From an uncultured delta proteobacterium (lineage in GTDB: Bacteria; Myxococcota_A; Polyangia; Polyangiales; Polyangiaceae): a DNA stretch of 64,000 nucleotides. The notes beneath the pieces were generated by a model. That model was not told where the DNA came from. It made no database searches and saw only the letters and a list, made by a program, of their open reading frames with translations. Below, in pieces: positions 10,089 through 24,525 of this stretch (the stretch's first letter is position 1; the number at the start of each line of letters is the position of its first letter). A program made the translations under genes and the position numbers. The stretch spans positions 32,001 through 96,000 of the forward strand of contig CAVQUB010000013.1 of the NCBI GenBank assembly GCA_963716725.1, written 5' to 3'.

Positions 10089-10925
10089 TCAGGCCTGACG
10101 CGCGAGCTCTGCCGGCGCGAGCAGCGCGGCCGCGAGCCGCTCGCCGAGCTTGGCCATCAGGTGGCCGTCGATGGCCCGATGATCGACCACCATCATGATC
10201 GGGAGCACTCGACGCACGACGACGCGGCGTTCTTCGGCAACGGGCGCATCGCAGGCCGGCGCGAGCGCGAAGGCAGACGCCACGTGCCCGAGCCGCGAGG
10301 GCAAAGTCAACGACACCGAGCGGAAGCGCGCTCCCGTCGGCAACTCGAAGACAGCACCGACGTTGGTGACCCCGGTGCTGACGCTCGACCAGGGGCCGAG
10401 CAAGCGGTAGCCGACAGGATGCCGAAGCACCGTGCCCGCCAGATCGACCGCCGCTTCGGCGGCGCGCGGCAGACTCTGGGCGAAGCGCCGGCCGAACGCG
10501 CTGCCGAAACCGTCCAATTTTCCCGAGCGCTCGGCGCGGGTGCGCGCTCGGGTCTCTCTCGCGATTTCCTTGAGCGTCTTCTTCTCGACGCCGTGCAGCA
10601 CCATCATGCCGGTCTGGTCTTGGCCCGAGCCTTTCGACCCCAAGCTAACGGGTACTGCCACGTCCACGCGCTCGAGCTGATAGAACGCGCCGCCGACGAT
10701 CTTGACGTTCAACGCCGGGAACTCGTGAAGGCAGCGCGCCACCGCCGCCGTGACCAGGTGCTGAACACCAGCGCGCTCGCCCTGCTCCCGCTCGAACGCG
10801 TCCAGGAACTCGAGTGCCGGCTCGAGGTTCACGTCCATGGTGATCGAAACGTAGGGATCGCTCGAGGGCGTCTCGAAGAACCGGAGCATCAGCCGGCGCT
10901 GGCCGGAGACTCGTAGTCGTCGCAT
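10089..10925 (-). CDS. Stand-alone 2-oxoacid dehydrogenase E2 catalytic-domain-like acyltransferase
   Basis: DHRAIDG catalytic motif, FPALN, TNVG; no lipoyl domain. Confidence 0.8.
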   Translation of the reverse strand: MRRLRVSGQRRLMLRFFETPSSDPYVSITMDVNLEPALEFLDAFEREQGERAGVQHLVTAAVARCLHEFPALNVKIVGGAFYQLERVDVAVPVSLGSKGSGQDQTGMMVLHGVEKKTLKEIARETRARTRAERSGKLDGFGSAFGRRFAQSLPRAAEAAVDLAGTVLRHPVGYRLLGPWSSVSTGVTNVGAVFELPTGARFRSVSLTLPSRLGHVASAFALAPACDAPVAEERRVVVRRVLPIMMVVDHRAIDGHLMAKLGERLAAALLAPAELARQA

Positions 10926-11013
10926 GGGGCCTCCCAGAACGCTCTATGCCGGCAGGCGATTCCTGGCTATCGCCCCTCGGATTCGCGCCGAGAAGCGGCC
11001 CGCCGCCGCGACG

Positions 11014-12246
11014 CTAGCGACGCTGGCGACGTCGCGCAGCGAGAGCTGCGACGACGATTGCACCCAAAACCCACGGCACGGGCCCCACGGGACCGCTCGT
11101 CGAGCAACCGCCGTCGTCCCCCGAGTCACCGCCGGCCGGCTCGGACTTGGGCACACAGACCTTCAGGTTGGCGTCACAGGTCGATCCAGAGCTGCAGGCG
11201 GGCGCCGCCGGATCGCAGGGCGCCGAGCAAGTACCCGCGCCACCGCCGGTCGCCGAATAGCAGGCATAGCCGCCGGGGCACGGCTTGTCCGCCGCGCACG
11301 CCTGTCCCTGGGGGTCCAGTGCACCGCCATCGCCGCCGGCGTCCGGCTCCTCGGGCGGCGGCCAGCTCACGCCGGTCTTGGCCCAAAACGGCGCCTCGTA
11401 CCCGCCCTGAGCCGCGGCATCGAGGGCGGCCGCGATGATCATGTCCTTCCACTGGCTGACGTCGCCGTAGACCGCATTGCCACAACCTTGAGGGCCACGG
11501 GAGAGCACGCCCATCACTCGGCCCTTGTCGTCGAGCGCCGGACCGCCAGAGTCGCCCGGGCATGTGCCCGGACCGCCCTGCCACTCGGAGAACTGCACGC
11601 TGGAAAAACCGGAGCAATCGTTGCCGACGCAGTCCACTTCGAGCCCATCGCGCCGCATGCGCGTTCCGCTCGAGTCCTGGTTGTTGGGATCGGTGAGCCC
11701 GTAACCCACGGCCGCGTACTTCTCGGGAGCCTCGGGCCGCGAGTCGATGCGCGGGATGATGGGCTTGGTCACGCTCGCCGGGATGCCCGCTCCTTCCAGC
11801 ATGATCAGCGCCACGTCGTTGCCGCAGATGTCGGTGGAGTCTTTGGGCACCACCAGGGTGCCGGTGCCCTTGTAGAACTCGGGCCCGTCTTGGCCCGGAC
11901 GCACGGTTTCGGTCGTGACCCGGAAGATGGAGCCAGCGGGAGGGTTGCCGAAGTTGGTCTGGCCGCAGATCACGCTGCCCTGCGGGCCTCCGCCCTGAGT
12001 CAGCGCGACGCAGTGCCGGGCGGTCAACACCAAGTTTGGCGCGATCAGCGAGCCGCTGCAGTGCCCCATGAAATAGGAATTGAAAATGTTGATGGCCAAT
12101 CCGACCGCGGACGTGTCGGCGTGGTCGATTTGCCCGTCGACGACCCGTGCCTGCGCCAATCGGGTCTCGGGCACGACGTCACGCTCGCCGCCGCAGCCCA
12201 CCGAGAGCAAGGCAATCCCCAACAGGCACGACGCACGTTTCATCAT
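11014..12246 (-). CDS. Trypsin-like S1 serine protease lipoprotein with MYXO-CTERM
   Basis: [28 protein letters not shown]-terminal DDGGC...TM...RRRQRR. Confidence 0.9.
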   Translation of the reverse strand: MMKRASCLLGIALLSVGCGGERDVVPETRLAQARVVDGQIDHADTSAVGLAINIFNSYFMGHCSGSLIAPNLVLTARHCVALTQGGGPQGSVICGQTNFGNPPAGSIFRVTTETVRPGQDGPEFYKGTGTLVVPKDSTDICGNDVALIMLEGAGIPASVTKPIIPRIDSRPEAPEKYAAVGYGLTDPNNQDSSGTRMRRDGLEVDCVGNDCSGFSSVQFSEWQGGPGTCPGDSGGPALDDKGRVMGVLSRGPQGCGNAVYGDVSQWKDMIIAAALDAAAQGGYEAPFWAKTGVSWPPPEEPDAGGDGGALDPQGQACAADKPCPGGYACYSATGGGAGTCSAPCDPAAPACSSGSTCDANLKVCVPKSEPAGGDSGDDGGCSTSGPVGPVPWVLGAIVVAALAARRRQRR

Positions 12247-12351
12247 GGCGCTCCCAGCCGAGGGTCGAAATGTACCGGGCCCCCGCGCCGGCGCAAGCAC
12301 AGACTCCTTCGAGGCCCTTCCGAGCCGCGAAGCCCGGGGGTATGCTGCCCC

Positions 12352-14761
<2,410 letters not shown>

Positions 14762-14980
14762 CGCGGCCGGCACTATCGCCTTGTCTCGGGACACACGCAA
14801 CGCGGCGCGCGCCGCTGGCGAAGGCTAACGCCAGCAGCCGCGGTCGCCGCCACGCTCCGCCAACTCGCACGGTCTCCATGGCTCCGATGACGAACACTGG
14901 CGCCATCAGCACGAGCAACACTACCGCCGACCCCAGGGGTCCCAGGCTGGTGAAAACCGCGTCGAACATCTGACCTCCAA

Positions 14981-15010
14981 ATAAAAACTGGCCGGTTGGA
15001 TTGTTTTTAA
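14981..15010. promoter_or_regulatory. AT-rich inverted repeat, probable TetR operator/promoter
   Basis: AAAAAC-tggccggttggatt-GTTTTT in a GC-rich background, between tetR and small ORF. Confidence 0.5.
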
Positions 15011-15192
15011 ACACGCTTGCGCAGCGTGTCAATGGGTCAATTGCCCGTGGTTTTCCGCGGATCCGCCAAGACGGCGCCCTTCGAGCCCTTGAGACCGACC
15101 TCGGCCGGGCGCACCCCACCCCCGGCCGCGCGGGCCCCGGGGCTGCCGGAGGCAGGTCCCGCGGCACCTCGGTGGGCGCGCCCCCGAAGACC

Positions 15193-15801
15193 TCAGGTCT
15201 GGATCAGCGACAGCGCGATGGCCTCGAGGGCGGACTGAACGACCTCTTCGTCCGCGTCGCTCATCGGATCGAAGAAGTCGTGCAGCGCCAGCCCGTCGAG
15301 GATGCCGATCACGAGCCGCGGCATCACGTGCACCGGGACGCGGGGCGTGATGCCCAGCTCTCGGAAGCTCTGTTCGAGGTGCACGCGCACCTCCTCGCGG
15401 TTCGCCTCGAACATGGCCGAGAGCGACTTGCGCAAATCGGGATCGTAGATGCCCTGGGCCATGAGATTGGCCAGGACACGCAGCTCGGGGCTGGACTGCG
15501 CGCGCGCGGCGCGCATCTCGCGCAGCGCGCGACTCACCTTCTCTCGAGGCTCGCCGGGCGCGTCCCAGGCCGCGCGGACCCGCTCGCGCATGGCGTCGGC
15601 GCAACGCACCAGGACCTGCGCCATCAGATCGTCCTTGCTGTCGAAGTGGTAGTGGACCGCGCCCTTGCTCATGCCCGCCGCCGCGGCAATGTCGCCGATG
15701 CTGGTGCGCGCGTAGCCCGCGCCCGCCAGCGCCCGGATCGCTGCGTCCAGGACCTGCTGCCGGCTCGCTTCGCTCTTCTTGTAGGTCCGACGCGGGCGCA
15801 C
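15193..15801 (-). CDS. TetR/AcrR family transcriptional regulator
   Basis: TSIGDIAAAAGMSKGAVHYHFDSKDDL HTH. Confidence 0.93.
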   Translation of the reverse strand: MRPRRTYKKSEASRQQVLDAAIRALAGAGYARTSIGDIAAAAGMSKGAVHYHFDSKDDLMAQVLVRCADAMRERVRAAWDAPGEPREKVSRALREMRAARAQSSPELRVLANLMAQGIYDPDLRKSLSAMFEANREEVRVHLEQSFRELGITPRVPVHVMPRLVIGILDGLALHDFFDPMSDADEEVVQSALEAIALSLIQT

Positions 15802-15904
15802 TGCCCGATCCCTCTAGAACAGCGCGGCGGCAGAGCGAAGCGAACCCTCGAAAACACCCACCTTTTCCGGAGTTTCTCGGGCAGTCGACCCCGCGGATCC
15901 GCCG

Positions 15905-15933
15905 TTGACAGAGTGGAAATCGGCTGCCAGAGT
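15905..15933 (+). promoter_or_regulatory. Sigma70-type promoter for tRNA-Ser pair
   Basis: TTGACA (15905-10), 17-nt spacer, TGc-CAGAGT (15925-33), just upstream of the tRNA. Confidence 0.6.
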
Positions 15934-15940
15934 CCGCCGC

Positions 15941-16027
15941 GGAGAGATGTCCGAGTGGCCGAAGGTGCCTGATTCGAAATCAGGTGTACCCGCGAGGGTA
16001 CCGAGGGTTCGAATCCCTCTCTCTCCG
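15941..16027 (+). tRNA. tRNA-Ser (anticodon CGA), CCA not encoded
   Basis: GGAGAGA/TCTCTCC acceptor, CCTGA-TTCGAAA-TCAGG anticodon arm, long variable arm, GGTTCGAATCC T-loop. Confidence 0.95.
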
Positions 16028-16125
16028 CTGCGTGCCTGAATTGCCGACTAGGCGGATCACCCAGGCGTGATCCACCAACCTCGACGATTCGGACCCCGGA
16101 GCCTGGTGCCGGAGTCCCCACCTTA

Positions 16126-16212
16126 GGAGAGGTGACCGAGAGGCCGAAGGTGCATGATTGGAAATCATGTGTACCTGCAAGGGTACCGAGGGTTCGAATC
16201 CCTCCCTCTCCG
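16126..16212 (+). tRNA. tRNA-Ser (anticodon GGA), CCA not encoded
   Basis: GGAGAGG/CCTCTCC acceptor, CATGA-TTGGAAA-TCATG anticodon arm, long variable arm, T-loop. Confidence 0.95.
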
Positions 16213-16375
16213 CTAGCTATCCCCCGCGCAGCCTTGACTCGCCGAACGCAGACGGGGCTGACGCGGGGCGATGTATTTGGCGTTCAAGACCGGCGCCTTC
16301 TCCCGCTGCTGGGCCGCGGTCCCGTCGCCCTTTTGGCCTTTCGGCCGGCGCTGACAAGGAGCACGTGGTGCTGTT

Positions 16376-16633
16376 TCATTTCTCTTGTTGGACCCAGAGC
16401 CGCACGGCGCGCTGGCCCGTCCGGTCGTCCCGTTCGCGCGCCAAGAGTCTGAAGTGGTACACCGAGCCGAGTCGCTCGCTCCACCAGTGGTAGAGGACTT
16501 CATCGGTCTTCTGGTCCTGAATCTCCGTCGGCGATCCGTAGTACCTCATCGAGAACAGATGCGCGAAGCGTAGGCTCACGTCGGACAGCGTCTCGCCCGA
16601 GGCGAGGACGTACACGAGCTCGATCCGTCGCAC
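16376..16633 (-). CDS. Small hypothetical protein
   Basis: Protein-like composition with GC3-biased codons, unlike the shadow ORFs. Confidence 0.5.
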   Translation of the reverse strand: MRRIELVYVLASGETLSDVSLRFAHLFSMRYYGSPTEIQDQKTDEVLYHWWSERLGSVYHFRLLARERDDRTGQRAVRLWVQQEK

Positions 16634-16879
16634 GTCACCCTGGCCCCAAACCTAATTTTTGGAAGCGGTTTCGCCGGGGCGCCAGGGCGCTTCTGGTGCG
16701 GGCGTAGCGGTGCCGCCCGTCGCTCGGGCTGGGTGTGGATCGGAAGCGCAGCCGGGGAGACTGGCAATCCACACGAGCGAAGAAATCTGCGCGAAGCGCA
16801 CGAGCATGCGCGCATCGTCTGGTCGGAATCGAAGCGAAGGCAAGTCGCAGTCCTGGCGCGTCGATTTGCCGGATGAGGC

Positions 16880-18370
<1,491 letters not shown>

Positions 18371-18378
18371 CGCTGCCC

Positions 18379-18996
18379 TCAGTCGATGGCGGGCGGGAGG
18401 TCGCCTTCCTTCTTGTCGCCCTCGCCTCCGGAGCTGCCGCCACCTTCCGTCTTGCCGCCCGGCGTGTCGTCCCAGCCGCCACCCTGACCGCGGCCCTCGA
18501 GCTCGTCTGGCATCACTGACTGCGGGTCCGACTTGCGGTTGAGTTGCTTGACGCCCTCCCACTTCATGCCGGTCTCGTCGGTGCCAAGACCAAACTCGCC
18601 CGTGACGACGTGAGCTTCGCCTTCTTTGGGCGCGGCGTACTTGAAGTAGCCCCGGCCACTGCGCGTAGCCGACGGGCCCACCATGCCGATGCGGTGTTCC
18701 TTCCACTCGTACTTGAGCAGGTCGCCGATGACCTTGCCATTGAGCTCGCCCCAGGCGTCGCCCGAAGTGGTGCGCCACTTGCCGCTGACGGTGTCGCCCT
18801 CCTTGATCATGTGGAGGTAACCATTGGTCTGATCGTAGTAGACGCCCGTCCAATCGCCGCCCTCGGGCATGTCGCCCGCCTTGACGGTCGCGACCTTGAG
18901 AGGCGGGGCGTTGTCACAACCGAGCGCGCCGACTGCGAGAGGCGTCGCGACGGCGACCGAGAGCATCAGGGGAAACAGTGTGCGCCGGAAAAACAT
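18379..18996 (-). CDS. Hypothetical lipoprotein
   Basis: Lipobox ALGC; high-GC3 codons. Confidence 0.7.
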   Translation of the reverse strand: MFFRRTLFPLMLSVAVATPLAVGALGCDNAPPLKVATVKAGDMPEGGDWTGVYYDQTNGYLHMIKEGDTVSGKWRTTSGDAWGELNGKVIGDLLKYEWKEHRIGMVGPSATRSGRGYFKYAAPKEGEAHVVTGEFGLGTDETGMKWEGVKQLNRKSDPQSVMPDELEGRGQGGGWDDTPGGKTEGGGSSGGEGDKKEGDLPPAID

Positions 18997-19068
18997 GGCG
19001 CGGAGCCTACCACGGGGTCGGGGGGCGAATGGACCCCCTAGCGGCCCCGGCCTGATACCCTGCCCCCG

Positions 19069-19662
19069 ATGCGTTTCCGAGCCCTGGTCCCGGCGTTCCT
19101 GCTGGTCTTTGGCGTCGACTCACCGTCGAACGCCACCGACGCCGGGGACAATCCGGTCGTGGTCCAGGTCGGTCAGAGCGCCGTCCGGGACCGCGAGCTC
19201 CGCTTCTTGCTAGGGCGCATGCACGAGTTCGAACGCGAGAGCTACGGCAAGACGGCGTCGGAGGTGCGGCGGCGCTTCGTCGGCGAGCGCTTGATCCCCG
19301 AGTTGCTCTACGTCGAGGAGGCGAAGCGGCTCGGATCACCGGACAGCCCCGCCGTGGTGGCCAAGATCCGAAGCAACTTGACCCAAGCTCTGAAGGCCGA
19401 GCTCGAACGCGAGTACGAGACCAAGCTGACGCGCGCCGAGCTGGTCGCCTACTGCAAGAGCATCGGGGACGCTGCCGCCTGCACCGGTGAGCTCTCCGGG
19501 CACCGGGTGGTCATGCGCCGCAAGCACTCGGCCACCGAGATGGATCGCCTCGCAGAGGAGCTTCGGAAGCGCGAGGTGAAGGTCGACCTGGCGCTGCTCG
19601 ATCGCTGGCCGCCCGGATCAGTCCCGGCGCCGGCGCCGAGTGCGAGCCAGCGCCAACCCTGA
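19069..19662 (+). CDS. Exported protein, SurA/PrsA N-terminal-like
   Basis: Signal peptide; VVVQVGQSAV...LLYVEEAKRLG pattern. Confidence 0.55.
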   Translation: MRFRALVPAFLLVFGVDSPSNATDAGDNPVVVQVGQSAVRDRELRFLLGRMHEFERESYGKTASEVRRRFVGERLIPELLYVEEAKRLGSPDSPAVVAKIRSNLTQALKAELEREYETKLTRAELVAYCKSIGDAAACTGELSGHRVVMRRKHSATEMDRLAEELRKREVKVDLALLDRWPPGSVPAPAPSASQRQP

Positions 19663-21249
19663 CACCAGCAGCAACGCCGCTACTGGAGTGGACCCCGATC
19701 CCGTGGTCCGGCAGCCGCATCCGCCATCGTCACCGGACTCGCCTTTGGGCGCAGCGCCGCCGCTCGACGTGCCGCCGGCCGACGCGCCGCCGCTCGACGT
19801 GCCGCCGCTCGACGTGCCGCCGGCCGACGCGTCGGGCGCGTTGCCCGCGCTGCCCGCGCTGCCCGCGGATCCGGCGATGCCCCCGCCCCCGGCAGTTCCG
19901 CCACTGGCGCCGCCAGCACCGCCGACGCTGCCGCCGCCGCTGCCCCCGACTCCGCCGTCGGGGGTCGAGCCGCAGACCTCGTTTCCCTTCTTGATCGTGA
20001 TCGAGTCGATGACGCTGTTCGCCTGAGGGAACGCGCCCCAGGTCTCGATCTTCATGGTGTCGTTCTGGATGTCGACCAAGAGGTAGTGGTGCTCGTCGGT
20101 GCACTTGGCGCGCCCCGCGGTGGTGCCGCAAAACAGCTTGGGGATGGTGAAGGCCCCGGCGCCGCCGCTCACGTAGTAGACGGTGCCACCAGCGTAGTTG
20201 CTGGCGCCGACGGAGCAGGCGTTGCTGGAGCCGGGGGTACCCTTGGTCGCGCAAGCGCTGGGTTCGAAGCGCTCGTACCAGTGGTTGTGGCTGGTGAGCA
20301 CGGCGTCGACGTGGTGTTTGTCGAAGATCGGCACCAACGCGGCGTTCTGGTTGGCTTCGTTGGGCGGATGAGAGATCGAGAACGACGACTTGGTCGTGTA
20401 GATGGGCTTGTGGAAGTACACGAACTTCCACTTCTTCGGGTTGTCGGTCAGCACCGTGTCGAGCCAGGCCGCCTGGGTCGCGAAGGGGATGCTCCCGCCC
20501 TTGAAGCTGTCGGTGGAGAGCGACACGAAGATCGCGTTGGCGTAGGTGAAGAAGTAGTAGTCCTCGGTGTTGCTGCCGTTGGGGCCCGTCGAGCGCGGCA
20601 GCGCGAAGATCTGGTTGTAGTTGGCGCCGTCGCCCGAGCCGGGACCGGTGTCGTGGTTGCCCATCGAGGGCAGGAAGGGGATGGTCTTCGCGATGGGAGA
20701 CGTCCAGCCGAGCAGCTTGAGCCACTGATCGATCTTGTCACCGTCGATCACCAAGTCTCCGCCGTTGAGCATGAACGCGGGCTGGTGCTTGGCAGCTTGC
20801 GCCATGATCTGTGGCCAATTGTCGCCTCCGCCAAAGATCGGATCCGGGCGGTTGTCGGCGAGAAAGGCCAGCTTCACGCTCCCGCAATTGGGGTCCGCTG
20901 GCGGCCCCGTGACGAAGCTCGCCTCAGCCGTGAATCCGTCGGCCGTGCTGCCGGCAATGTAGAAGTACTTGGTGCTCGGCGTCAGACCGGTGAGCTCGAC
21001 TTCGTGGATGTAGCCGAGCCCGGCGTTGGCCAGCGTCGACTTCGCGGTCACCGTCTTCGTGTACGCACCCGAGGCCGTTCCGAGCTGAACCTCCGCAGCC
21101 GTGGGGCCGGTGGTGTGCCACGCGACCGCCATGCTGTTCTGGGGGTCCGCCGTGTACGAGAGGCGGGCGTACTGGGGCGCGGCCAAAGCCGATCCGGCCA
21201 CGGTCATGCACCCCACAAATGAAATGGCAGCTAGCCTGCGTCGGCTCAT
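19618..21249 (-). CDS. Purple acid phosphatase family metallophosphoesterase with FN3 domain and MYXO-CTERM
   Basis: GDLV, GNHD, FHKP, SHNHWYER; Gly-rich linker; GGCGCR...TM...RRRR. Confidence 0.9.
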   Translation of the reverse strand: MSRRRLAAISFVGCMTVAGSALAAPQYARLSYTADPQNSMAVAWHTTGPTAAEVQLGTASGAYTKTVTAKSTLANAGLGYIHEVELTGLTPSTKYFYIAGSTADGFTAEASFVTGPPADPNCGSVKLAFLADNRPDPIFGGGDNWPQIMAQAAKHQPAFMLNGGDLVIDGDKIDQWLKLLGWTSPIAKTIPFLPSMGNHDTGPGSGDGANYNQIFALPRSTGPNGSNTEDYYFFTYANAIFVSLSTDSFKGGSIPFATQAAWLDTVLTDNPKKWKFVYFHKPIYTTKSSFSISHPPNEANQNAALVPIFDKHHVDAVLTSHNHWYERFEPSACATKGTPGSSNACSVGASNYAGGTVYYVSGGAGAFTIPKLFCGTTAGRAKCTDEHHYLLVDIQNDTMKIETWGAFPQANSVIDSITIKKGNEVCGSTPDGGVGGSGGGSVGGAGGASGGTAGGGGIAGSAGSAGSAGNAPDASAGGTSSGGTSSGGASAGGTSSGGAAPKGESGDDGGCGCRTTGSGSTPVAALLLVSGLALARTRRRRRD

Positions 21250-21290
21250 CGCGACTCTCCTGTCTCGGGCCCGAAAGAGCCGGAAGCTTG

Positions 21291-22244
21291 TCACGAAGCT
21301 CCGCCGGACGCGAGGGCCACGACCTCGGCGGGCAGCTCGACGCGATGATCGAGCACCCACACCGGCGCGCCGCCCCGGCGGCAGGCGAGCTTGGTCGCGC
21401 ACTTCGGCGTGGTGAGCCACGCTTCGACCGCCGCGGGGCCCGGCTCTGGGATGCGGGCGTGGTCCGGGTGCAGTTCGACCACTTGCGGCACGATACCGTG
21501 GGCGGCCAGGGAGCGAAGCACGCGCTCGGGACGCGCGATGGCGAGCACTACCCCCACCCGGAGGCTGCGCAGCACGTCGAGCGTGATCGGCTCGCCGTCG
21601 GAGCCGATGACGCCCACGAGCCTCGCGTCGAGGGGGAACGCCGGGATGCGCGCATCCGCTGCGAAGGGCCCGTGCGCGAGCACGACATCGGCCGCGGCGA
21701 GCACCCGCGCCGGCGTCGCACGCAGATCACCGGCCGGCGGGCACCGCGCAGCGCCCCAGGGCATTTCTCCGTCGAGCACCAGCAGCGCGCACCCGAGACG
21801 TTCGGGGCGGGTTTGCAGGAGCCCATCGACGATCGCCACCTCGACCAGCCCCGCGGCCAACGCCAAGGCTTCGCCGCGGTCTCGCCCCACGATCACCGGC
21901 ACCGGGTCGAGGGCCCGGGCCAGCCACAGCGCCTCGTCGCCCACCCAAGCCGCCGCGTCATCGACGCGGACCACGCACGCCCTGCGCACCCGCGCTCGGT
22001 ACGCCGTCGCGACCACGGCCACGCGGCGGTGTCTCGCCATCGCACGCGCGAGTTCGAGCACGACCGGGGTCTTGCCAGAACCTCCGAGAGTAGCGCCGCC
22101 GATACCAACCACACGCAAGCCGGGCGGCAGCGCCACGGGTCGCACCGGATCGGCGAAGCGTGCCCACGCGGCGGAGACGGCGCGCGAAGCCGGGCCACCG
22201 AGCGCGCCAGTCTCGAGCGCTCGCGCCACCTGCAGCCGCAGCAT
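21291..22244 (-). CDS. lpxK: Tetraacyldisaccharide 4'-kinase
   Basis: GGATLGGSGKTP, GDEA, PAGDLR, HPDH, TTPKCATK. Confidence 0.85.
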   Translation of the reverse strand: MLRLQVARALETGALGGPASRAVSAAWARFADPVRPVALPPGLRVVGIGGATLGGSGKTPVVLELARAMARHRRVAVVATAYRARVRRACVVRVDDAAAWVGDEALWLARALDPVPVIVGRDRGEALALAAGLVEVAIVDGLLQTRPERLGCALLVLDGEMPWGAARCPPAGDLRATPARVLAAADVVLAHGPFAADARIPAFPLDARLVGVIGSDGEPITLDVLRSLRVGVVLAIARPERVLRSLAAHGIVPQVVELHPDHARIPEPGPAAVEAWLTTPKCATKLACRRGGAPVWVLDHRVELPAEVVALASGGAS

Positions 22245-23146
22245 CAGCTCGCTCGGAGCTCGAGGCCGAGCTCGACCCCGAAACGCCTGGCTTCGGCCTC
22301 GTCCTGAGGGTACGCGATGCGCCCCTCGCGCCGACGAAGCCGCGTTCCGTCGGGCTCGGCGAGCAGCGCTCGGAGCCAGAGTTCATCGCCCTCGCGCAGG
22401 GCGTAGGCCGCGACCGGCAGCTGGCAGCTGCCCTCCACCGCCTGCATCACGCCGCGCTCCGCGGCCACCGCGATGGCGGTCTCGGTGTGAGCGAGCGGTG
22501 CAAGAAGCGCAAACGTCGCTTCGTCGCCCGCGCGTAGCTCGATGGCGAGGGCGCCCTGACCCACGGCGGGCAGCGAGACCTCGGGCTCGAGCACCTCCGT
22601 CACGCGGTCGCTCAGGCCCAGGCGAAGGAGCCCGGCGTGTGCCAGCACGATGGCGTCCACGACGCCTTCGCTGCATTTGCGCAGGCGCGTGTCCACGTTG
22701 CCGCGCAGCGGAACGAACTCGAAGCTGGGGAACGCGGCGGCGAGCTGGACCTTCCGGCGCAACGACGACGTGCCGACCTTCGATCCGGGCGCCAGCTCGG
22801 CCAGCTTCGCACCGGTGCGCGTCACGATCACGTCACGCGGATCGACCCGCGGTGGGATGCAGCCGATGGCCAGGGAGGGCGCCAAGTCCGCGGGCACGTC
22901 CTTGAGCGAGTGGATGGCGATGTCGGCGCTCCGATCCAGCAGGGCCTCCTCGATCTCCTTGATGAACAACCCCTTGCCACCGATCTCCGAGAGCGAGCGA
23001 TCTTGGATGCGGTCGCCGGTGGTGACCACGTGCTGCTCTCGGATTTCGAGGCCCGGATGCCGCGACTCGAGCTGTCGCATGAAAGCCCGCGCCTGAGCCA
23101 GCGCGAGCTGACTCTTGCGAGTGGCGACGACGAGCTTCGAGGTCAT
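22244..23146 (-). CDS. hemC: Hydroxymethylbilane synthase
   Basis: TRKSQLALAQ, GGKGLFIKE, HSLKD, GTSSLRR, LRGNVDTRL, EGSCQLP. Confidence 0.96.
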   Translation of the reverse strand: MTSKLVVATRKSQLALAQARAFMRQLESRHPGLEIREQHVVTTGDRIQDRSLSEIGGKGLFIKEIEEALLDRSADIAIHSLKDVPADLAPSLAIGCIPPRVDPRDVIVTRTGAKLAELAPGSKVGTSSLRRKVQLAAAFPSFEFVPLRGNVDTRLRKCSEGVVDAIVLAHAGLLRLGLSDRVTEVLEPEVSLPAVGQGALAIELRAGDEATFALLAPLAHTETAIAVAAERGVMQAVEGSCQLPVAAYALREGDELWLRALLAEPDGTRLRRREGRIAYPQDEAEARRFGVELGLELRAS

Positions 23147-24525
23147 TCTCCGTTGGTTCCGGTGGCGCGACGCTGGGACCGCTCCGCGCCTTCGTCCTCG
23201 AGGGGTGGAGCGGCTCGGGACGGGGTCGATGGCACGGACACGGGCTCGGCGTCCAGATCGAAGAGCTCGGTCAGGGAGTTCATCAGCTGTTCCACGCGAT
23301 AACTCTCGTAGTCCTTGTCGGTGACCACCTGCCGCAGATGAGCCGTCGGCGCGTGCAGCATCTTGTTGAGCGCTGCCTCGAGCATCGTCTCGAGAGCCGC
23401 GCGCTCGTCGGCGCCCAGGTGTTTGAGCCGGCCCTTGAGGCTCCGGTCGAGCTCCGCGCGCAGCATGCGACCGAGCCGAGCGCGGAGCGCCACGACCACC
23501 GGCGTGACCTGCGTGCTCTCGGCCCAACGCTCCCAGCCCGCCATTTCCTCGCACACGACGCGATCGGCGTGCTCCGCTTCACGGGCACGGCTCTGACGTG
23601 TTTCGCCCACCACCCGTTCGAAATCGTCGATGTTGTAGAGAAAGACTTCGCTCTGGCTCTCGACCCGCGGATCGACGTCGCGAGGCACCGCGAGATCGAT
23701 GAAGAAGAGGCTTCGACCCCGGCGCTTCTTGCGCAGCCCGTGGACGAGCTCGTACTCCACCACAAAACCCGGCGCGCTCGTGCTGGTGATCACGACGTCG
23801 GCTTCGATCAACGCCGCCGCCAGATCGCTCCAACGGCGCGCCTCACCGTCGACCGCCGCCGCCAGCACGGCGACCCGGGCCTCGTTGCGCCCGACGACCA
23901 GCAGGCGTGTGCCGGCGTGTTTCAGGAGTTTCGCTACGGTTTCGGCCATCTCGCCGGAGCCCAGCAACACCACCGTGCGCCCGGAGAGCTCGCCAAAAAT
24001 CTGTCGCGCGAGGTCCACCGCCACGCTGGGCACCGAGATCTGCCCCGCCCCAAGCTGGGTTTCGGTGCGCACGCGCTTGGCTGCCCGGATGGCCCTGGGC
24101 ACCGTGCGGTGCAGCGCGCCGCCGACGGTTCCAGCAACTCGCGCGGTCTCGAAGGCGTCCTTCACCTGCCCCAGGATCTGCGGCTCACCCAGCACTAGCG
24201 AGTCCAAGGAGGACGCCACTCGGAACAAGTGGCGCACGGCGTCCACGCCCTCGTGGACGTACAAGTGTTGTCGGATGTCGCTGGCGATGGCCGACAGGCT
24301 CTCGATGGCCTCCCGGCCGACCGCTGCCAAGTCCGACGCCAGTCCGTCACGCCCCGCGGCGATGAGCTCAACGCGGTTGCAGGTCGAGATCAGCATTGCC
24401 TCGCCAATGGACGGCCGCGCCACGATCTGCCGGAGCACCCGCGGGATCTCCGATTTGGGCAGCGCGATGCGTTCTCGGACCGCGATCGGCGCGGTCCGGT
24501 GAGAGAGCCCAGCGACGACGATCAT
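23143..24525 (-). CDS. hemA: Glutamyl-tRNA reductase
   Basis: STCNRVE, HLFRVASSLDSLVLGEPQILGQV, DLAVPRD. Confidence 0.96.
   Translation of the reverse strand: MIVVAGLSHRTAPIAVRERIALPKSEIPRVLRQIVARPSIGEAMLISTCNRVELIAAGRDGLASDLAAVGREAIESLSAIASDIRQHLYVHEGVDAVRHLFRVASSLDSLVLGEPQILGQVKDAFETARVAGTVGGALHRTVPRAIRAAKRVRTETQLGAGQISVPSVAVDLARQIFGELSGRTVVLLGSGEMAETVAKLLKHAGTRLLVVGRNEARVAVLAAAVDGEARRWSDLAAALIEADVVITSTSAPGFVVEYELVHGLRKKRRGRSLFFIDLAVPRDVDPRVESQSEVFLYNIDDFERVVGETRQSRAREAEHADRVVCEEMAGWERWAESTQVTPVVVALRARLGRMLRAELDRSLKGRLKHLGADERAALETMLEAALNKMLHAPTAHLRQVVTDKDYESYRVEQLMNSLTELFDLDAEPVSVPSTPSRAAPPLEDEGAERSQRRATGTNGE

Noticed and set aside
15941..16212. tRNA-Sec or an island integration site at the tRNA-Ser pair
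   Set aside because: Anticodons are CGA and GGA; no integrase or duplicated tRNA 3' end is nearby.
19750..19960. Gly/Ser-rich repeats here and at ~36800-36900, plus (GH)n at ~9365-9400
   Set aside because: Ordinary low-complexity linkers or a metal-binding tract within proteins.
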